The notes under the pieces were generated by a model. It was not told the origin of the DNA. It made no database searches and saw nothing but the letters and a program-made list of their open reading frames with translations. Positions 12,071-26,692 of a stretch of 64,000 bases of DNA are shown here, in pieces (within the stretch, counting starts at the first letter, position 1; each line of letters opens with the position of its first letter). Location of the stretch: the NCBI RefSeq assembly GCF_031769215.1, contig NW_026782136.1:310001-374000 (forward strand), read 5' to 3'. The position numbers and the translations under genes were made by a program. The DNA comes from Ylistrum balloti (Eukaryota).

Positions 12071-12805
12071 CTAATTCCCTGCCGGGGCTTCGACCCTGCA
12101 GTTCCGATGCAGTTTCGGCCGATATGGTGTAACTGACTTGTAACCTGCATTCATTCGAATAGCGGCATGGATCAGAATATAAGCATGTACTTTGAAAATC
12201 GAGTAATATTGAAACTTAAGAACTCCGATGATTTTTCGGTTTATCGCACCTGTTAATGATATTGTTCACACCCTAAATATATCACTGTACATCTCTCCCT
12301 ATTGGTTTGACAATTGTTTCGACCCCAATCCCCTACTTGATTTCAGCAATTTTAGATCCATGTCATCAATGACGAGTCCTAGAGGGACGAAACAGCTATA
12401 TGACGCAGTTTAAAATCATTATTGTGCTCCAATACACCTATAATTCTAAATTTGTTTTTGAAAGGCTCGATCCTATCGTGTGGGTTTTGTAGAATCTACA
12501 ATATATATCATAGACAAAGATGTATAATATATTTCAATATCGTCTTTAGGGACGCACTCGCATTTGTCTTAATGACACAACTGACATTGGAATGGCAGTT
12601 GATATGAATTGTTTAACACCACAAATGCCTTTAACAGACATTCTATTCCACTTCAGTTAACTAGAATCGATACATTTATGCAAAATGGAGATGACTTTGT
12701 CTGAGTGGTCATGTAGTTGATGCTAGTTTTCTTAATTCGTTCATTATTTTTTGTCCCATCATCGAAAATAGCACTAATCAGAGCGCCTACAATAAACAGA
12801 AGTTT

Positions 12806-13312
12806 AGTAGGGTCACTTTGTCGTATCCTTTATAGTAAGTAGGCTGGTGTTTAATGTCTAGTAGGGTCACTTTGTCGTATCCTTTATAGTAAATAGGCTG
12901 GTGGTTAATGTCCAGTAGGGTCACTTTGTCGTATCCTTTATAGTAAGTAGGCTGGTGATTAATGTCTAGTAGGGTCACGTTGTCGTATCCTTTATAGTAA
13001 GTTGGCTGGTAATTAATGTCTAGTAAGGTCACTTTGTCGTATCCTTTATAGTAAGTAGGCTGGTGATTAATGTCTAGTAGGGTCACTTTGTCGAATCCTT
13101 TATAGTAAGTAGGTTGGTAATTAATGTCTAGTAAGGTCACTTTGTCGTATCCTTTATAGTAAGTAGGCTGGTAATTAATGTCTAGTAAAGTCACTTTGTC
13201 GTATCCTTTATAGTAAATAGGCTGGTGATTAATGTCTAGTAGGGTCACGTTGTCGTATCCTTTATAGTAAGTTGGCTGGTAATTAATGTCTAGTAGGGTC
13301 ACTTTGTCATAT
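12806..13312. repeat. 54-bp minisatellite, about 9.5 copies
   Basis: Unit agtagggtcactttgtcgtatcctttatagtaagtaggctggtgattaatgtct; copies at 12811 and 12865. Confidence 0.95.
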
Positions 13313-16216
13313 TCCTTCAGTGATGTCAAATAAGATATATCCTATTTGTAGATTTCCACGACACAATACAGTTCCATAGTGCATTTGTTTTCGTTACGTT
13401 TTAAATGTAAGTCTTAAAAATTGCCCGTGCTTTTCACTATATTAATAACTGGTTTGTACTATGAACGTGCTATTCTAAATGGCTCCAGTATTAGAAAGTT
13501 TCGATAACAAGATAAATTTAAAACATTTTGAATGATTAAGAACAGTGGTAGTTGACGCAGGTGTTGTGAGATGGTGTAGGGTTAAACCTAGCTGTGCGGA
13601 TTACTACAAATTGTACAGATATACCATGTAGTAATTAAAGACTAGAAAAAAGGGACGTCACCGTTAGTTATCGACATGGTTCCGGGCTAATTCTATTAAA
13701 TGTAGAGGCAGAGTTTCTGTACCTTTACATAAGATAACTCTTTCTGAAACATCAGAACAGAACGTTAGAAAGTAGAAAATGTCAATTTCAGACTGTCTCA
13801 TTATCAGCTGGAAATGTACCATAGGCAGTTCGCGTAGCTTAATTAGGAGCAAAGATGAAAGGCGTAAAGTGGGGGAATCTCACTGAAGTCATTAGTCCAC
13901 AGAGCCATATGTGCTTTGTAACACAATAAAAATCATGCATCATGTTATACGCTCACATATCGGCGGTAGGTAGTCAGTGTACACCAGACACAGCTGGAAA
14001 TTGGAAGGTTCATCTTTGATATAAAGTTGTTGAATTTCCTACTTGGCCTAGCATTTTGTCGCCTTGGTGTGCTGTGTCTAAATCTCCAGTATTCGTAAAT
14101 ATATTCTATGTTTCAATCGAATATGTTTAAATGTGCTTCAAACAGCTTTTAGTAAGCTGTCAATATATTGCTGGTAAGACTTGAACCCATCCCCGGGGTT
14201 ATGGAACCTTAATCTAAAGTCACCCGTGTTCTACCCTTTGTTGTCAGGTCACATGACATGTGACATTTTTCTTGTCAACATTTTTTTTTCTAATTAGCAA
14301 AACGTACTTTTTTCTCCAATGAGCAATACTACAATGGGTTCTCAATGCAAGTATTTCTCCAAATTATTTCATAGACATAAGCTAATTCGTTTTATTGCCT
14401 GGCTGTTCATTACTCGTGTATTCATTGGTCGGATACTTGGGCACTCCTTCACCCTTAATACAGTGTAGGTAGTATCTAGAATTACACTTAACATGGTGAT
14501 TGGTCTGTAAGCAGTAGTTTAAGTCCACCATCATTTTTTTATTATTGTAACGCATACAATCAGTTGAACGATAATGACAGAACTTTTTATATTGCACATA
14601 AAATTATCCGTACAACTGCATCTTTGTCACATACCGTCAAAACCTGCTCTTCTTGTGAGTTGCACTTCAAACTTGACGATACCTGTGGATGTCAGTTTTC
14701 ACCAACACAACAATTTTTCGTGATATTTCTCTGGTACGTGAACCAAAATATTCCCTATAACACAGTAAAGACTATCAAACTAAGAATTATTTGACCTGAA
14801 CATTAACAGTCCCCCATCCTACTACCTAGTAAAGACAATACAGTAGGTACTGCTTTTAGTTTTAAAATACCATATATTTTGAATCTAGCAATTGAATTGA
14901 CCAATCAGATGCGACTTCACCTAATTGGATCCCAGGAAAACACTATTATTGGCAATGCCTCTCGTTTAATCCTTTCGTGCAATTTTGTGCAATAAAAATT
15001 GCTGAAATGAAATCCCATTTGTGTTAACACTGTCATATTTCACGTGTACATAAGTATGAAAAAATCGGTAGATATCGGATAGCGACTTTCACAGACAGCT
15101 GCTGTTTATTCAGACCAACATATCGCATGGCAAGTGTCTTAAAATATGTGTAGTATTTTGGTCAGAATATAGTTCAAGTTTTAAGACACGGATCATACAT
15201 TCTACTTATCCTGCAACACTGATTGAAAATTGAGACTGTCAAAGCTGCAACAGTTCTGTTTTTCTGTCTCGCTTTACCTGAATTCTCCGAGTGGAACATA
15301 ACACTACTCTTCATTGATATATATAATATGAATTTTCGTAAATACGTCTTTGTCACGACAAATAAAATCGTTCATTTAAATAGTTATACTTTTAAATGAA
15401 ATATTTAAGTAAATCAGTCTACAGAATTAATGCACGTGCTAAATACAGGTGTTTTCCAACACTTACGAATAAAAAGATATATGTAGCAAAAAATATATTT
15501 GACAGGTGTATTCTAACAATGGTGGGGCCAGTTGCAAGATGAAACTGCATATCAAATTTTATCACCATACATCTTATTGTTCAATCATTAAACGACAGTC
15601 CTATTTGACAGCGTCATTAGCAATGAAGTAGTTACCTTGTAAGGCAGTATCCGGTCTTGGGTAAGGTTTGAAGAATAGTTGTTCAAATAGAATGAATTAT
15701 ATGGTGCAACAGGCAAGGACGACACCAAGTCCTCGGCCATCTCAGACTGCTGTCGCCATGGCAGTCTTCCTGGTGACTTCATACAGTAGATCGCAACGTA
15801 TTTGTACCACGTGGTATGATTGTTAACGTCACGTGGTGTAATTGTTAACGTCACGTGATATTAATAACACCGTTCGTACTATTTGCTGAAGTCTATACAG
15901 TTTTTTTCTTGTTTCTTGTTTTTTATTGTTGTTTATTTCTTGTTTACGTTAAGTGCACTTGAAAACATTCATTTTTGTGTCACAGCATTGTCCATATCAC
16001 TGTGTAGTTCGTATACTTAAAACATTTCAGTATACCAAACCCTATTGGTCCTCCGGAATTTGTGTTAAAGGGAAAGATATACAATGCCTAAAAGTTGATC
16101 GTGAAGATACACAAAGTGAACTGCCTGATTTATGGTTTAACTGCTGAAGTGTGTTTTCAATATATACATTAAGCAAGACACACAATCATATACACCCATA
16201 AGTACTTGTGTGTTAT

Positions 16217-16235
16217 ATCATCACCATCATCATTG

Positions 16236-16268
<33 letters not shown>

Positions 16269-16269
16269 C
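16217..16269. repeat. (CAT)n microsatellite
   Basis: Direct reading of the sequence. Confidence 0.95.
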
Positions 16270-16533
16270 TGGGAAGTGGCCGGGTGGTAACGGTCTTGTC
16301 ATTCTGGGTTCCTTGTATAAAAATATATCATTAAATAGATTATATTGATTTGTTTACATTTGACATAGCATCAATTTGGTTTCTTTTTTCAACATAATCT
16401 TGATTAACAATATAATCAGAGAGAAAATGTTAAACCATCAGTTAATTAATGTTTTAAATGTCATATACTGCAACCGCAACACAGGAAGCATATTGTACAT
16501 AGCAAATGCATTCCCCACAATGGGACAACAGTG

Positions 16534-16577
16534 TGACGTCATGATGTACAAAATACGTTAACCCATCTGTGACGTCA
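16534..16577. promoter_or_regulatory. Paired palindromic CRE sites (TGACGTCA x2)
   Basis: Perfect TGACGTCA at 16534-16541 and 16570-16577, about 90 bp upstream of a candidate signal-peptide exon. Confidence 0.4.
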
Positions 16578-16667
16578 CATGTTGCTATGTTGCCAAGCAG
16601 TCGGCCAGGGCGGAGGTGATTGGTATCTCCACTAAAAATAGTTATTTTTAGATACTGGATTACCACG

Positions 16668-17216
16668 ATGGATATCAGACTGTTCTTGATAATCGTGGTA
16701 ATACTGATTATCGGGACCTTACGTGGTAATGTATGTGGTCATTTGGCCATTTTTTATTCAATATGTATCAAAAACGATTCTAAGTTTGTAAATACATGTA
16801 TACTGCTCTTGAAAGGATAGAAGTATTTCGTTTTAACTTCCTACGTTCTTTATCTATTTAGTGTGGAGTCCGAACAGGATGTACCGAATGAATTATTTAT
16901 TTCTTCATCGTAAGAGAAATGGTGACATTATGCCAAGCGCGAACCGATTTGATATGGATAAGTATTGTATGCTAATGTCTTAAAACAATAATTTATTTTA
17001 GCGAATATGTCTGTCTATATGTCTGTACATGTCCTTTCCCCTGTCGCCACTGCAGAACAGTCCCGCGTCAGGTCAAACGAAGATCCTTATGGAAGCCTCC
17101 TGGTTCTAGTAAGAAGAATGTTGGCGATCCAATGCGATAAGGAAGTTCTGCAATCATTTCGAAGAGAAACGGAAACACGTGGCACTTTTTCCATTGTGCA
17201 TTCAACGCCAGATTAA
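16668..17216 (+). CDS. Candidate small secreted protein; exon 16668-16725 plus a second exon near 17056-17216, acceptor uncertain
   Basis: ttatttttag acceptor, then ATG MDIRLFLIIVVILIIGTLR (signal-peptide-like), donor G|gtaatg; pyrimidine-rich acceptor ...cgccactgcag at 17055. Confidence 0.35.
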
Positions 17217-17805
17217 CTGCTGGTATCCTGTTCCTCCTATAGGTACGTATGTACAAATGTCCTGCTCCTGCCTCCTGCAAACCTCGAAAAAAATGTAGGC
17301 ACCCCGTCCCACGGGTAGGTATACACAAGTATCCCGTCTCCCATTACCTGAATATAATTTGTTAGCGTGATATGGGGATGTATTTTAAATTGGTATCACC
17401 TTACTTGTATCTAATCCAGGGCTAGGATAATCGACATGGAAGTTGTAGAAGTGACGTCATCAGTTTGTGTGATAAACGACTCGTTGATGACATGCTGAAT
17501 TTGGTGTACCGTATCCATCATTATATTTCACGATAAGTTCATATTTTTTCAAGTCTGTGATATCATCTGCATGTTTGAATTGTTTTCTTGATTTGGACGT
17601 TGTTGGTCAAATTAAGAGACGTATTGCCTATTCATATAGCGCTTTGTTAGTGACAAATTGTTGTCAACTTTATGAACTTTCACCTCTCATGGATGGAGAT
17701 CTCTCTGTTATTTGTTTTATTTGAAGATAATTGTAACAATTTCACTGACTCCCTTATCGTGTATTCCCATTACCGGGTACTGTATCAGGTTCTTTTGACT
17801 CGCTT

Positions 17806-17966
17806 TTGACTCCCTCACCATCATCAGGTACCGAAACAAGTTCGTGCCACCAACCAACCTAAGCCACCCGCCCTGTGTATCGCCTCTTTGACTCTCTCAC
17901 CATCATCAGGTACCGAAACAAGTTCGTGCCATCAACCAACCTAAGCCACCCGCCCTGTGTATCGCC
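17806..17966. repeat. Two-copy tandem duplication, period 82 bp
   Basis: tcatcaggtaccgaaacaagttcgtgcc...ctgtgtatcgcc at 17821 and 17903. Confidence 0.9.
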
Positions 17967-20224
17967 AGCACAGGACACCGTAACAGGTTCAATTACACCA
18001 CCGTGAAACATAGGTAGATCACACGCATTGAAAGAAGAAGAAAAGAGGACCTACAGCATAAGGCCTATCACTAAGATTATTTCCTGAACACGGAAGTACT
18101 GAGAATATATCAGAATTATATGCTTTGATTGCTTAAAGGGCGATTTTCACGGAAATAATTCACTACAAGATGACGGACCGTTTGATAAAGATGACACTAC
18201 TGTATGGCTGACCATTATAACATAAATTGCTATTTTCTTTGAAAAAAAAAAAAAAAAAACTTCTTTCGACCAAAATTTATTCTATTTTTGTGTCATATAG
18301 GTATTTTCTGGGCAATTCCTAAACATTCAGTTAGTTCAAGTATAATTAGATTAAAACAAATATCCAAATAACGCAGTTGTAATAGATTTAAGAAGCGGGC
18401 AGGTTTAACACCAAATCGGCACTTTCCGCTGCTTCCGTTTAAGAGACGATGTATTTCTCGTTCACGGAAAGTGTCGAAAATTCCCGAGCTTTTATTTGAA
18501 TCTTTCTTCAACTTCTATATTTTGGCAACATGCGTTTCAAACCATATAACGTATATGTTTGTTCAATGTATTTTAATATTTTAAGACTTAGTCTGATTTT
18601 ATTTCCACATGAAAGCTTGAAAAGATGTCTTTAATTCATTCGACCTGCCGACAGTTCCAATTGCGTGCTGCGAGAATTGAAGTTCCAGTGGTAATTCCGT
18701 AAGGCGGATCATAATGTGCACAATGTTCACAAGAATTCCCGGAAATTTACCCTGTCGTTTGAATCCGTGAAAATAACTAACTACGAGATTGGCAAATCAT
18801 GAACTAAACGCGTCCTTTTCATAACTCTACAAATCTGAATGATTCCTCATTACAATTCTATAACAGGTCGTTTTCGGAGAGAAAAAAAACCGTATCGTCT
18901 GCTGTGACTAAAAAGCAATTGTAACTAATTCCGATAAATCCAGTCAATGACCTGCATCGAATCGTCTCTAACAAGCTGTTGAAATATCTTTAATGTCTGA
19001 AATTCCCCAAAATTAATTTCAACGTTCGGTGGACCGATTTTAAATCAATACGGTTCGGCAACCAATATGATGTTGACGGATAAACCGTTTTTACTCCTTT
19101 CCTATACCCGTCACCGGCAAATCTTCCAAATAAAAGTATTTAAAATGGACAAACTGAACTTAATTTTGAAAGATCGCTTAGATTACTATCACAAAGTATA
19201 TTTTGCAGTTTTTGGACATATATTGCCAAGCATTGCCTATGGAAGTACACGTTGTTGTCAAGGCGGTTGCTACGATCGGTCCAAAAACTATGATACATAC
19301 CCGTGCAAAAATACTGATTATTCTCCGACGTCACTTTTACGTAAGCCGCCATAATGCGAGTTTTCTGATATAACAGTTTTTTAGAGATGAAATAAAAATG
19401 ATTTACGATGTAAATATAGGAGTTTTTACCAAAACAACAGAAACAACAAGTGCAGACGAGTCTTTGGTTCTACTGTCTCTCGTTTAAGGGAACAGAGTGG
19501 GTGACACCAGCAAATTCGCAATGGCACACCAATCTTATCTTATAAACTAAGACATTGTATGGAAATACTCTTAAATTAAATCATTTTTGAAACAAATTAA
19601 AAAAATATTTTATGCTGCAGTTTTGTTTAAATTTCATTTTAAGTCATAATAAATGTTCGTGTTTATTCAAAGAAAAAAATATCTGAAATTTAAGAACACA
19701 CTTGCTAAGTAAGGAAAACCTGTTTGTGAAAGCCCAGCGGCAGAGATCAATTTTCTTGTTGTCGAGGAAAAGTTAGGCTCCCCTGAGATTGTAGGCAGAA
19801 GTTATTCTAATCGCATTAATTGGCCTTGCATAAGACTTTTTATCTACTATAAAACGGTCCAGAGACTGCTTATAGGCACCAGTTTCCACAATTTAAACTT
19901 GGTAGCATTCGCTGGTGTTGATTCTACTCAGTCTTTAAATTTCCTCTTTCATGGGCCCCAATAGGATTTAGGAATGGATCCGATCATATTGGCTTATTAC
20001 TTGCCTTACCTGTAACACCGTTTTTGAAAAAAAAGTAAAAACTGCAGATATTTCTTCGCTGCTATATGGTTGCCATGCACAATAAATCAAGTATAACTTC
20101 TCTCCTGATGTTTGTCGTTCTCCATAAATCAGTACAAGCTTTTCTGTCATCAATGTTTCTCGTCTAAATCACCACTTTATTGTCATGAACCCAACAGTAG
20201 CACTCTAATGTCACCGGACTATTA

Positions 20225-23200
20225 CAACATCTGTCGGCGTCTGTCTCTATACTGCCATCCATGTCCGCCTGAACCTGTCACTATACAGCCATCAATATCT
20301 GTCTGAACCTGTCACTATACAACCATCAATGTCCATCTGAACCTTTCACTATACTGCCATCAATGTCCGTTTGAACCTGTCACTATACTGCAATCCATGT
20401 CTGTCTGAACCTGTCGCTATACTGCCATCAATGTCCGACTGATCCTGTCACTATACTGTCATCAATGTCCGTCTGAACCTGTCTCTATACTGTCATTATT
20501 TTCCATCTGAACCTATCACTATACTGGCATCAATGTCCGTCTGAACCTGTCACTATACTGCAATCCATGTCTGTCTGAACCTGTCGCTATATTGCCATCA
20601 ATGTCAGCCTGAACCTGTCTCTATAATGTCATCAATGTCCATCTGAACCTGTCTCTATACTGCCAACTATGTCCGTCTGAACCTGTCACCATAATGCCAT
20701 CAATATCTATCGGAACCCGTCTCTATACTGCCATCTATGTCCGTCTGAACCTGTCACTATACTGCCATCAATGTCCGTCTGAACCTGTCACTATACTGCC
20801 ATCAATGTCCGTCTGAACCTGTCACTATACTGTCATCAATGTCCGTCTGAAGCTGCCACTATACTGTCATCTTTGTCCATCTGAACCTGTCACCATACTG
20901 TCATCAATGTCCATCTGAACCTGTCACTATACTGTCATCAATGTCCGACTGAACCTGTCACTATACTGTCATCATTGTCCATCTGAACCTGTCACTAAAC
21001 TGCCATTTATAACCGTCTGAATCTGTCGCTATACTGCCATCAATGTCCGCCTTAACCTGTCTAAATACTGTCATCAATGTCTGTCTGAACCTGACTCCAT
21101 ACTGCCATCAATGTCCATCTGAACCTGTCTGTTTACTGCCATCTATGTTCGCCTGAACCTGTCACTATACTGCCATCAATATCCGTCTGAACCTGTCACT
21201 ATACTGTCATCAGTGTCCGCCTGAGCCTGTCACTATACTGTCATCAATGTCCGCATGAGTTTGTCACTATACTGCCATCTATAACCGTCTGAACCTGTCC
21301 CTATACTGCCATCAATATCTGTCTTCATCTGTCCCTATACTGCCATCAATATCCATCTGAACCTTTCACTATACTGTCACCAATGTCTGTCTGAACCTGT
21401 CTCCATACTGCCATCAATGTCCGTCTGAACTTGTCACTATTCTGCCATCAATGTCCTTCCGAACCCGTCTCTATACTGCCATCTATGTCCGACTGAACCT
21501 GTCTCTATACTGTAATCAATGTCCGTCTGAACCTGTCACTATACTACCATTAACATCCGACTGAACCTGTCTCTATACTGCCATCAATGTCCGCCTGAAC
21601 CTGTCTCTATACTGTCATCAATGTCCGTCTGAACCTGTCTCTATACTGTCATCTTTGTCCATCTGAACCTGTCACCATACTGTCATCAATGTCCATCTGA
21701 ACCTGTCACTATACTGTCATCAATGTCCGACTGAACCTGTCACTATACTGTCATCATTGTCCATCTGAACCTGTCACTAAACTGCCATTTATAACCGTCT
21801 GAATCTGTCGCTATACTGCCATCAATGTCCGCCTTAACCTGTCTAAATACTGTCATCAATGTCTGTCTGAACCTGACTCCATACTGCCATCAATGTCCAT
21901 CTGAACCTGTCTGTTTACTGCCATCTATGTTCGCCTGAACCTGTCACTATACTGCCATCAATATCCGTCTGAACCTGTCACTATACTGTCATCAGTGTCC
22001 GCCTGAGCCTGTCACTATACTGTCATCAATGTCCGCATGAGTTTGTCACTATACTGCCATCTATAACCGTCTGAACCTGTCCCTATACTGCCATCAATAT
22101 CTGTCTTCATCTGTCCCTATACTGCCATCAATATCCATCTGAACCTTTCACTATACTGTCACCAATGTCTGTCTGAACCTGTCTCCATACTGCCATCAAT
22201 ATGTCTGAATCACTATTCTGCCATCAATGTCCTTCTGAATCTATGTCCGACTGAACCTGTCTCATACTGTAATATCCGTCTGAACCTGTCACTATACTAC
22301 CCTGAACCTGTCCCTATACTGCCATCAATGTCCGTCTGAACCTGTCACTATACTGTCATCAATGTCCGTCTGAACCTGTCACTATATTGTCATCAATATC
22401 AGTCTGAACCTGTCACTATACTGCCATCAATGTCCGTTTGAATCCGTCACTATACTGCCATCAATATCAGTCTGAACCTGTCACTATACTGTCATCAATA
22501 TCATTGTCCATCTGAACCTGTCACTATACTGTCATCAATGTCCGTCTGAACCTGTCACTATACTGTCATCAATGTCCGTCTGAACCTGTCTCTATACTGC
22601 CATAAATGTCCGTCTGAACCTGTCTCTATACTGCCATAAATGTCCGTCTGAACCTGTCACTATACTGTCATCAATATCAGTCTGAACCTGTCACTATACT
22701 GCCATCAATGTCAGTCTGAACCTGTCACTATACTGTCATCAATGTCCATCTGAACCTGTCACTATACTGCCATCAATGTCCGTCTGAACCTGTCACTATA
22801 CTGCCATCAATGTCCGTCTGAACCTGTCACTATACTGCCATCAATGTCCGTCTGAACCTGTCACTATACTGTCATCAATGTCCGTCTGAAGCTGCCACTA
22901 TACTGTCATCTTTGTCCATCTGAACCTGTCACCATACTGTCATCAATGTCCATCTGAACCTGTCACTATACTGTCATCAATGTCCGACTGAACCTGTCAC
23001 TATACTGTCATCATTGTCCATCTGAACCTGTCACTAAACTGCCATTTATAACCGTCTGAATCTGTCGCTATACTGCCATCAATGTCCGCCTTAACCTGTC
23101 TAAATACTGTCATCAATGTCTGTCTGAACCTGTCTCCATACTGCCATCAATGTCCATCTGAACCTGTCTCTTTACTGCCATCTATGTTCGCCTGAACCTG

Positions 23201-24430
23201 TCACTATACTGCCATCAATATCCGTCTGAACCTGTCACTATACTGTCATCAGTGTCCGCCTGAGCCTGTCACTATACTGTCATCAATGTCCGCATGAGTT
23301 TGTCACTATACTGCCATCTATAACCGTCTGAACCTGTCCCTATACTGCCATCAATATCTGTCTTCATCTGTCCCTATACTGCCATCAATATCCATCTGAA
23401 CCTTTCACTATACTGTCACCAATGTCTGTCTGAACCTGTCTCCATACTGCCATCAATGTCCGTCTGAACTTGTCACTATTCTGCCATCAATGTCCTTGTC
23501 TCTATACTGCCATCTATGTCCGATCTGAACCTGTCTCTATACTGTAATCAATGTCCGTCTGAACCTGTCACTATACTACCATTAACATCCGACTGAACCT
23601 GTCTCTATACTGCCATCAATGTCCGCCTGAACCTGTCTCTATACTGTCATCAATGTCCGTCTGAACCTGTCTCTATACTGCCATCTATGTCTGTCTGAAC
23701 CTGTCACTATACTGCCATCTACGTCTGTGTGAACCTGTCACTATACTGTCATCTGTGTCTGTCTGAACCTGTCACTATACTGCCATCTATGTCTGTCTGA
23801 ACCTGTCTCTATACTGTCATCAATGTCCGTCTGAACCTGTCGCTATACTGTCATCAATGTTCGTCTGAACCTGGCTCTATACTGTCATCAATGTCCTTCT
23901 GAACCTGTCTCTATACTGCCATCTATGTCTGTCTGAACCTGTCTCTATACTGCCATCTATATCTGTCTGAACCTGTCACTATACTGTCATCAATATCTGT
24001 CTGAATCCTTTATACAGCCATTAATGTCCGTCTGAACCTGTCTCTATACTGCCATCAATATCTGTCTGAATCCTTAACTATACAGCCTTCAATGTCCGTC
24101 TGAACCTGTCTCTATACTGTCACCAGTTTCCACATGAACCTGTCTCTATACTGCCATCAATGTCCGTCTGAACCTGTCACCATACTGTCATCAATGTCCG
24201 TCTGAACTTGTCACTATTCTGCCATCGATGTCCGTTTGAACCTGTCTCTATACTGCCATATATGTTCGTCTGAACCTGTCACTATACTGCCATCAATGTC
24301 CGACTGAACCTGTCACTGTACTGCCATCAATATCTGTCTGTTCCTGTCACTATACTGTCATCTATGTCCATCTGAACCTGTCACTTTAATGCTATCAGTT
24401 TTCATCTGGTCCTGTCTCTTAACTGCCATC
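20225..24430. repeat. 34-bp satellite array, about 120 copies, with a 782-bp higher-order block
   Basis: Unit gtccgtctgaacctgtcactatactgccatcaat; diagnostic variant ctttgtccatctgaacctgtcacc at 20871, 21653 and 22910. Confidence 0.95.
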
Positions 24431-25269
24431 TAAGAAGGTCTAAACATGTCACTTTAATGCAATCAGTTTTCATCAGGGCCTCTCACTTTTCTATCTTTAT
24501 CACTGCATGGAAAGAGAAGACGCTGCCCACAAAAGAAAGTCACCTAGCCACTTAAATACCCTGTTCTTTTCAGTGTTGTCACCAGCATGTCAGTTTTGTG
24601 GTCTTTGTACAAAATTTTGTCCTTGTTTTTAGGCTGGTTTAAGGGCTCTGTGATTTTTAGGTGACAAATGGTTGATGATTTAAGGGATCTTTGACTGCTA
24701 GAAACCATTGTCCTAACTTAACCCTGAAATCATTTCATCAGATCTATATTTAGAATAAAAATATCATGTAAGCATCATACCCATATTTGCCTGTAGCCTT
24801 GTACAGCAGTACATTATGTGTTTCCCAACATGCGGTGACTGTGAACTGCTCTATAGAGATTTAGTAATGTTCTAGTGAATAAGTAGCAGAGGTATGAGTC
24901 AAACTTTACTGAAACCTGATACTTCTCTAACTAACTACGATGAGGAAAGAACAGTGGCAACAAAGTGTAATTTTATATTTTATTTAATTATCATTTCCCA
25001 ATAAAATAATTAAGACATAGTACATCATATATAATGTGTAACATCTAGATGCTTACATAGCTGAACAGAACAGAGGTCAGAATAAAACTCAGGAAAGCCA
25101 TTTCATTTTGTTGGCATTTAAGCACATACTGTAAATATGAAAATAATGATGAATTAGTGTTTCAGTACCAAAAACCCAAAATTAAAACTTCAGTTATATG
25201 GACTTAATGTGTATCACAATTACATCATGTATCCATCTGACTTTACATTAGCTGTGAAAATTTCTTGAC

Positions 25270-25447
25270 CGTAAAATGTGAAAACTTCACAAAAATAACA
25301 TGTGAAACTTCACAAAAGTAAAATGTGAAAACTTCCTGAAAGTAAAATGTGAAACTTCACAATAGTAAAATGTGAAAACTTCCTGAAAGTAAAATGTAAA
25401 AACTTCACAAAAGTAAGATGTGAAACTTCATAAAGGTAAGATGTGAA
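25270..25447. repeat. About 24-bp degenerate minisatellite, about 7 copies, probably in the CCDC178 3' UTR
   Basis: Unit aaaatgtgaaaacttcacaaaagt. Confidence 0.85.
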
Positions 25448-26692
25448 AAATATCTATGCAATACTTATTGCTAACTTTTCTACAATTCCAAAAAAATATC
25501 ATTATTTATTTTATATATACTTCAACACTAATTTACTGTGAAAAATTATAATTTTAGAAAAAGATGTCCCATATTCGCCACTTCTAATTTAAATATGTGA
25601 TTTAAATCTACCAACATTAAAAGGTTGTATGTGCCATCATAACCTTTCATCAATGACAAACAAGTTAAAGCAAGGAGTGATTGGCGTCAACATTTTAAAT
25701 ACACCTTAAATTTGACCTTTCAATTCTGTGATGTTTAACGTCAACGAGACAAGAACTGCATAATTTTTCTGTATATTTCAGGAATAGCTTACAAAAATAA
25801 TTACAAAATGCTCAGCTGCAATTTAAAATTGCAATCACAAAAATATTGATAAACATTACCAACATCATTCAGAATCAATAAAGATATTTTCTTGCCATTT
25901 ATTTCACTTCAAAATGATTTCTATCTTTTCCTTTACAATAATGCGTTTCTTATCTCCTGAATCAATGCTGAAAATTATAAATGCTGAAGTTCTGTACGTT
26001 TAAAAAAAAAAGAAACCAGCAATAATAGAAAGATGGGTTATCAGAAAGGCACATATTATTCTCAAGTTCATTTTTAAAAAATAAATTATCATTAAAACAC
26101 AGTAGATCCTTACAGGAAGAATAGATTTTGACTAATGCTTTGATGTAATACTGGAGTATATGGACGGATATTTATTATCTTTATCACTTGTTATAACTTG
26201 GCTAGTTCTCCTAGTACAACATATAGTCACTTTGACAGGGCACAGTGTGGGCGTATCTAGAAAAGCACTAAACTGGAATGTGTTCATACAAATATAAATT
26301 CTGCTTTCTACTTCTGATACCTGCTGGAAGTGTTCTAGACACACAGTACTAGCATACAACATCATATTTAACAGTAATAATCTTGACGTCCTCTTGTCCT
26401 TGACATGGGGCGATGATCAAAATGTGCAAACCGATTCCATTACCTGACATTCACACTGACACCTAACACTGTGTAGGAACATCAATTTTTTTTTAACAAT
26501 AAGTCTCGTGCACCTCACACTCTGTAACGATTTCCAGAAAAGTTCAGATCCAAACTCAAGCATTTTTAACTTTAAAAGATAAAGTTAATTACATATTTTG
26601 GAAATAAATATGTTGACAGCAGTTTAAGCTGAGATTCAAAACAACGGCATCCATTGATTAAGGACTTTATGATCTGATATCACACAGCAGAG

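Noticed and set aside
10558-13329. Repetitive ORFs 10558-11130 and 12787-13329
   Set aside because: 75-bp and 54-bp arrays with unit lengths divisible by 3, and later copies contain stops.
18130-19500. Possible MITE or DNA transposon (CpG-richer block starting ttaaaggg)
   Set aside because: I could not find matching terminal inverted repeats or a target-site duplication by eye. It needs a repeat-library search.
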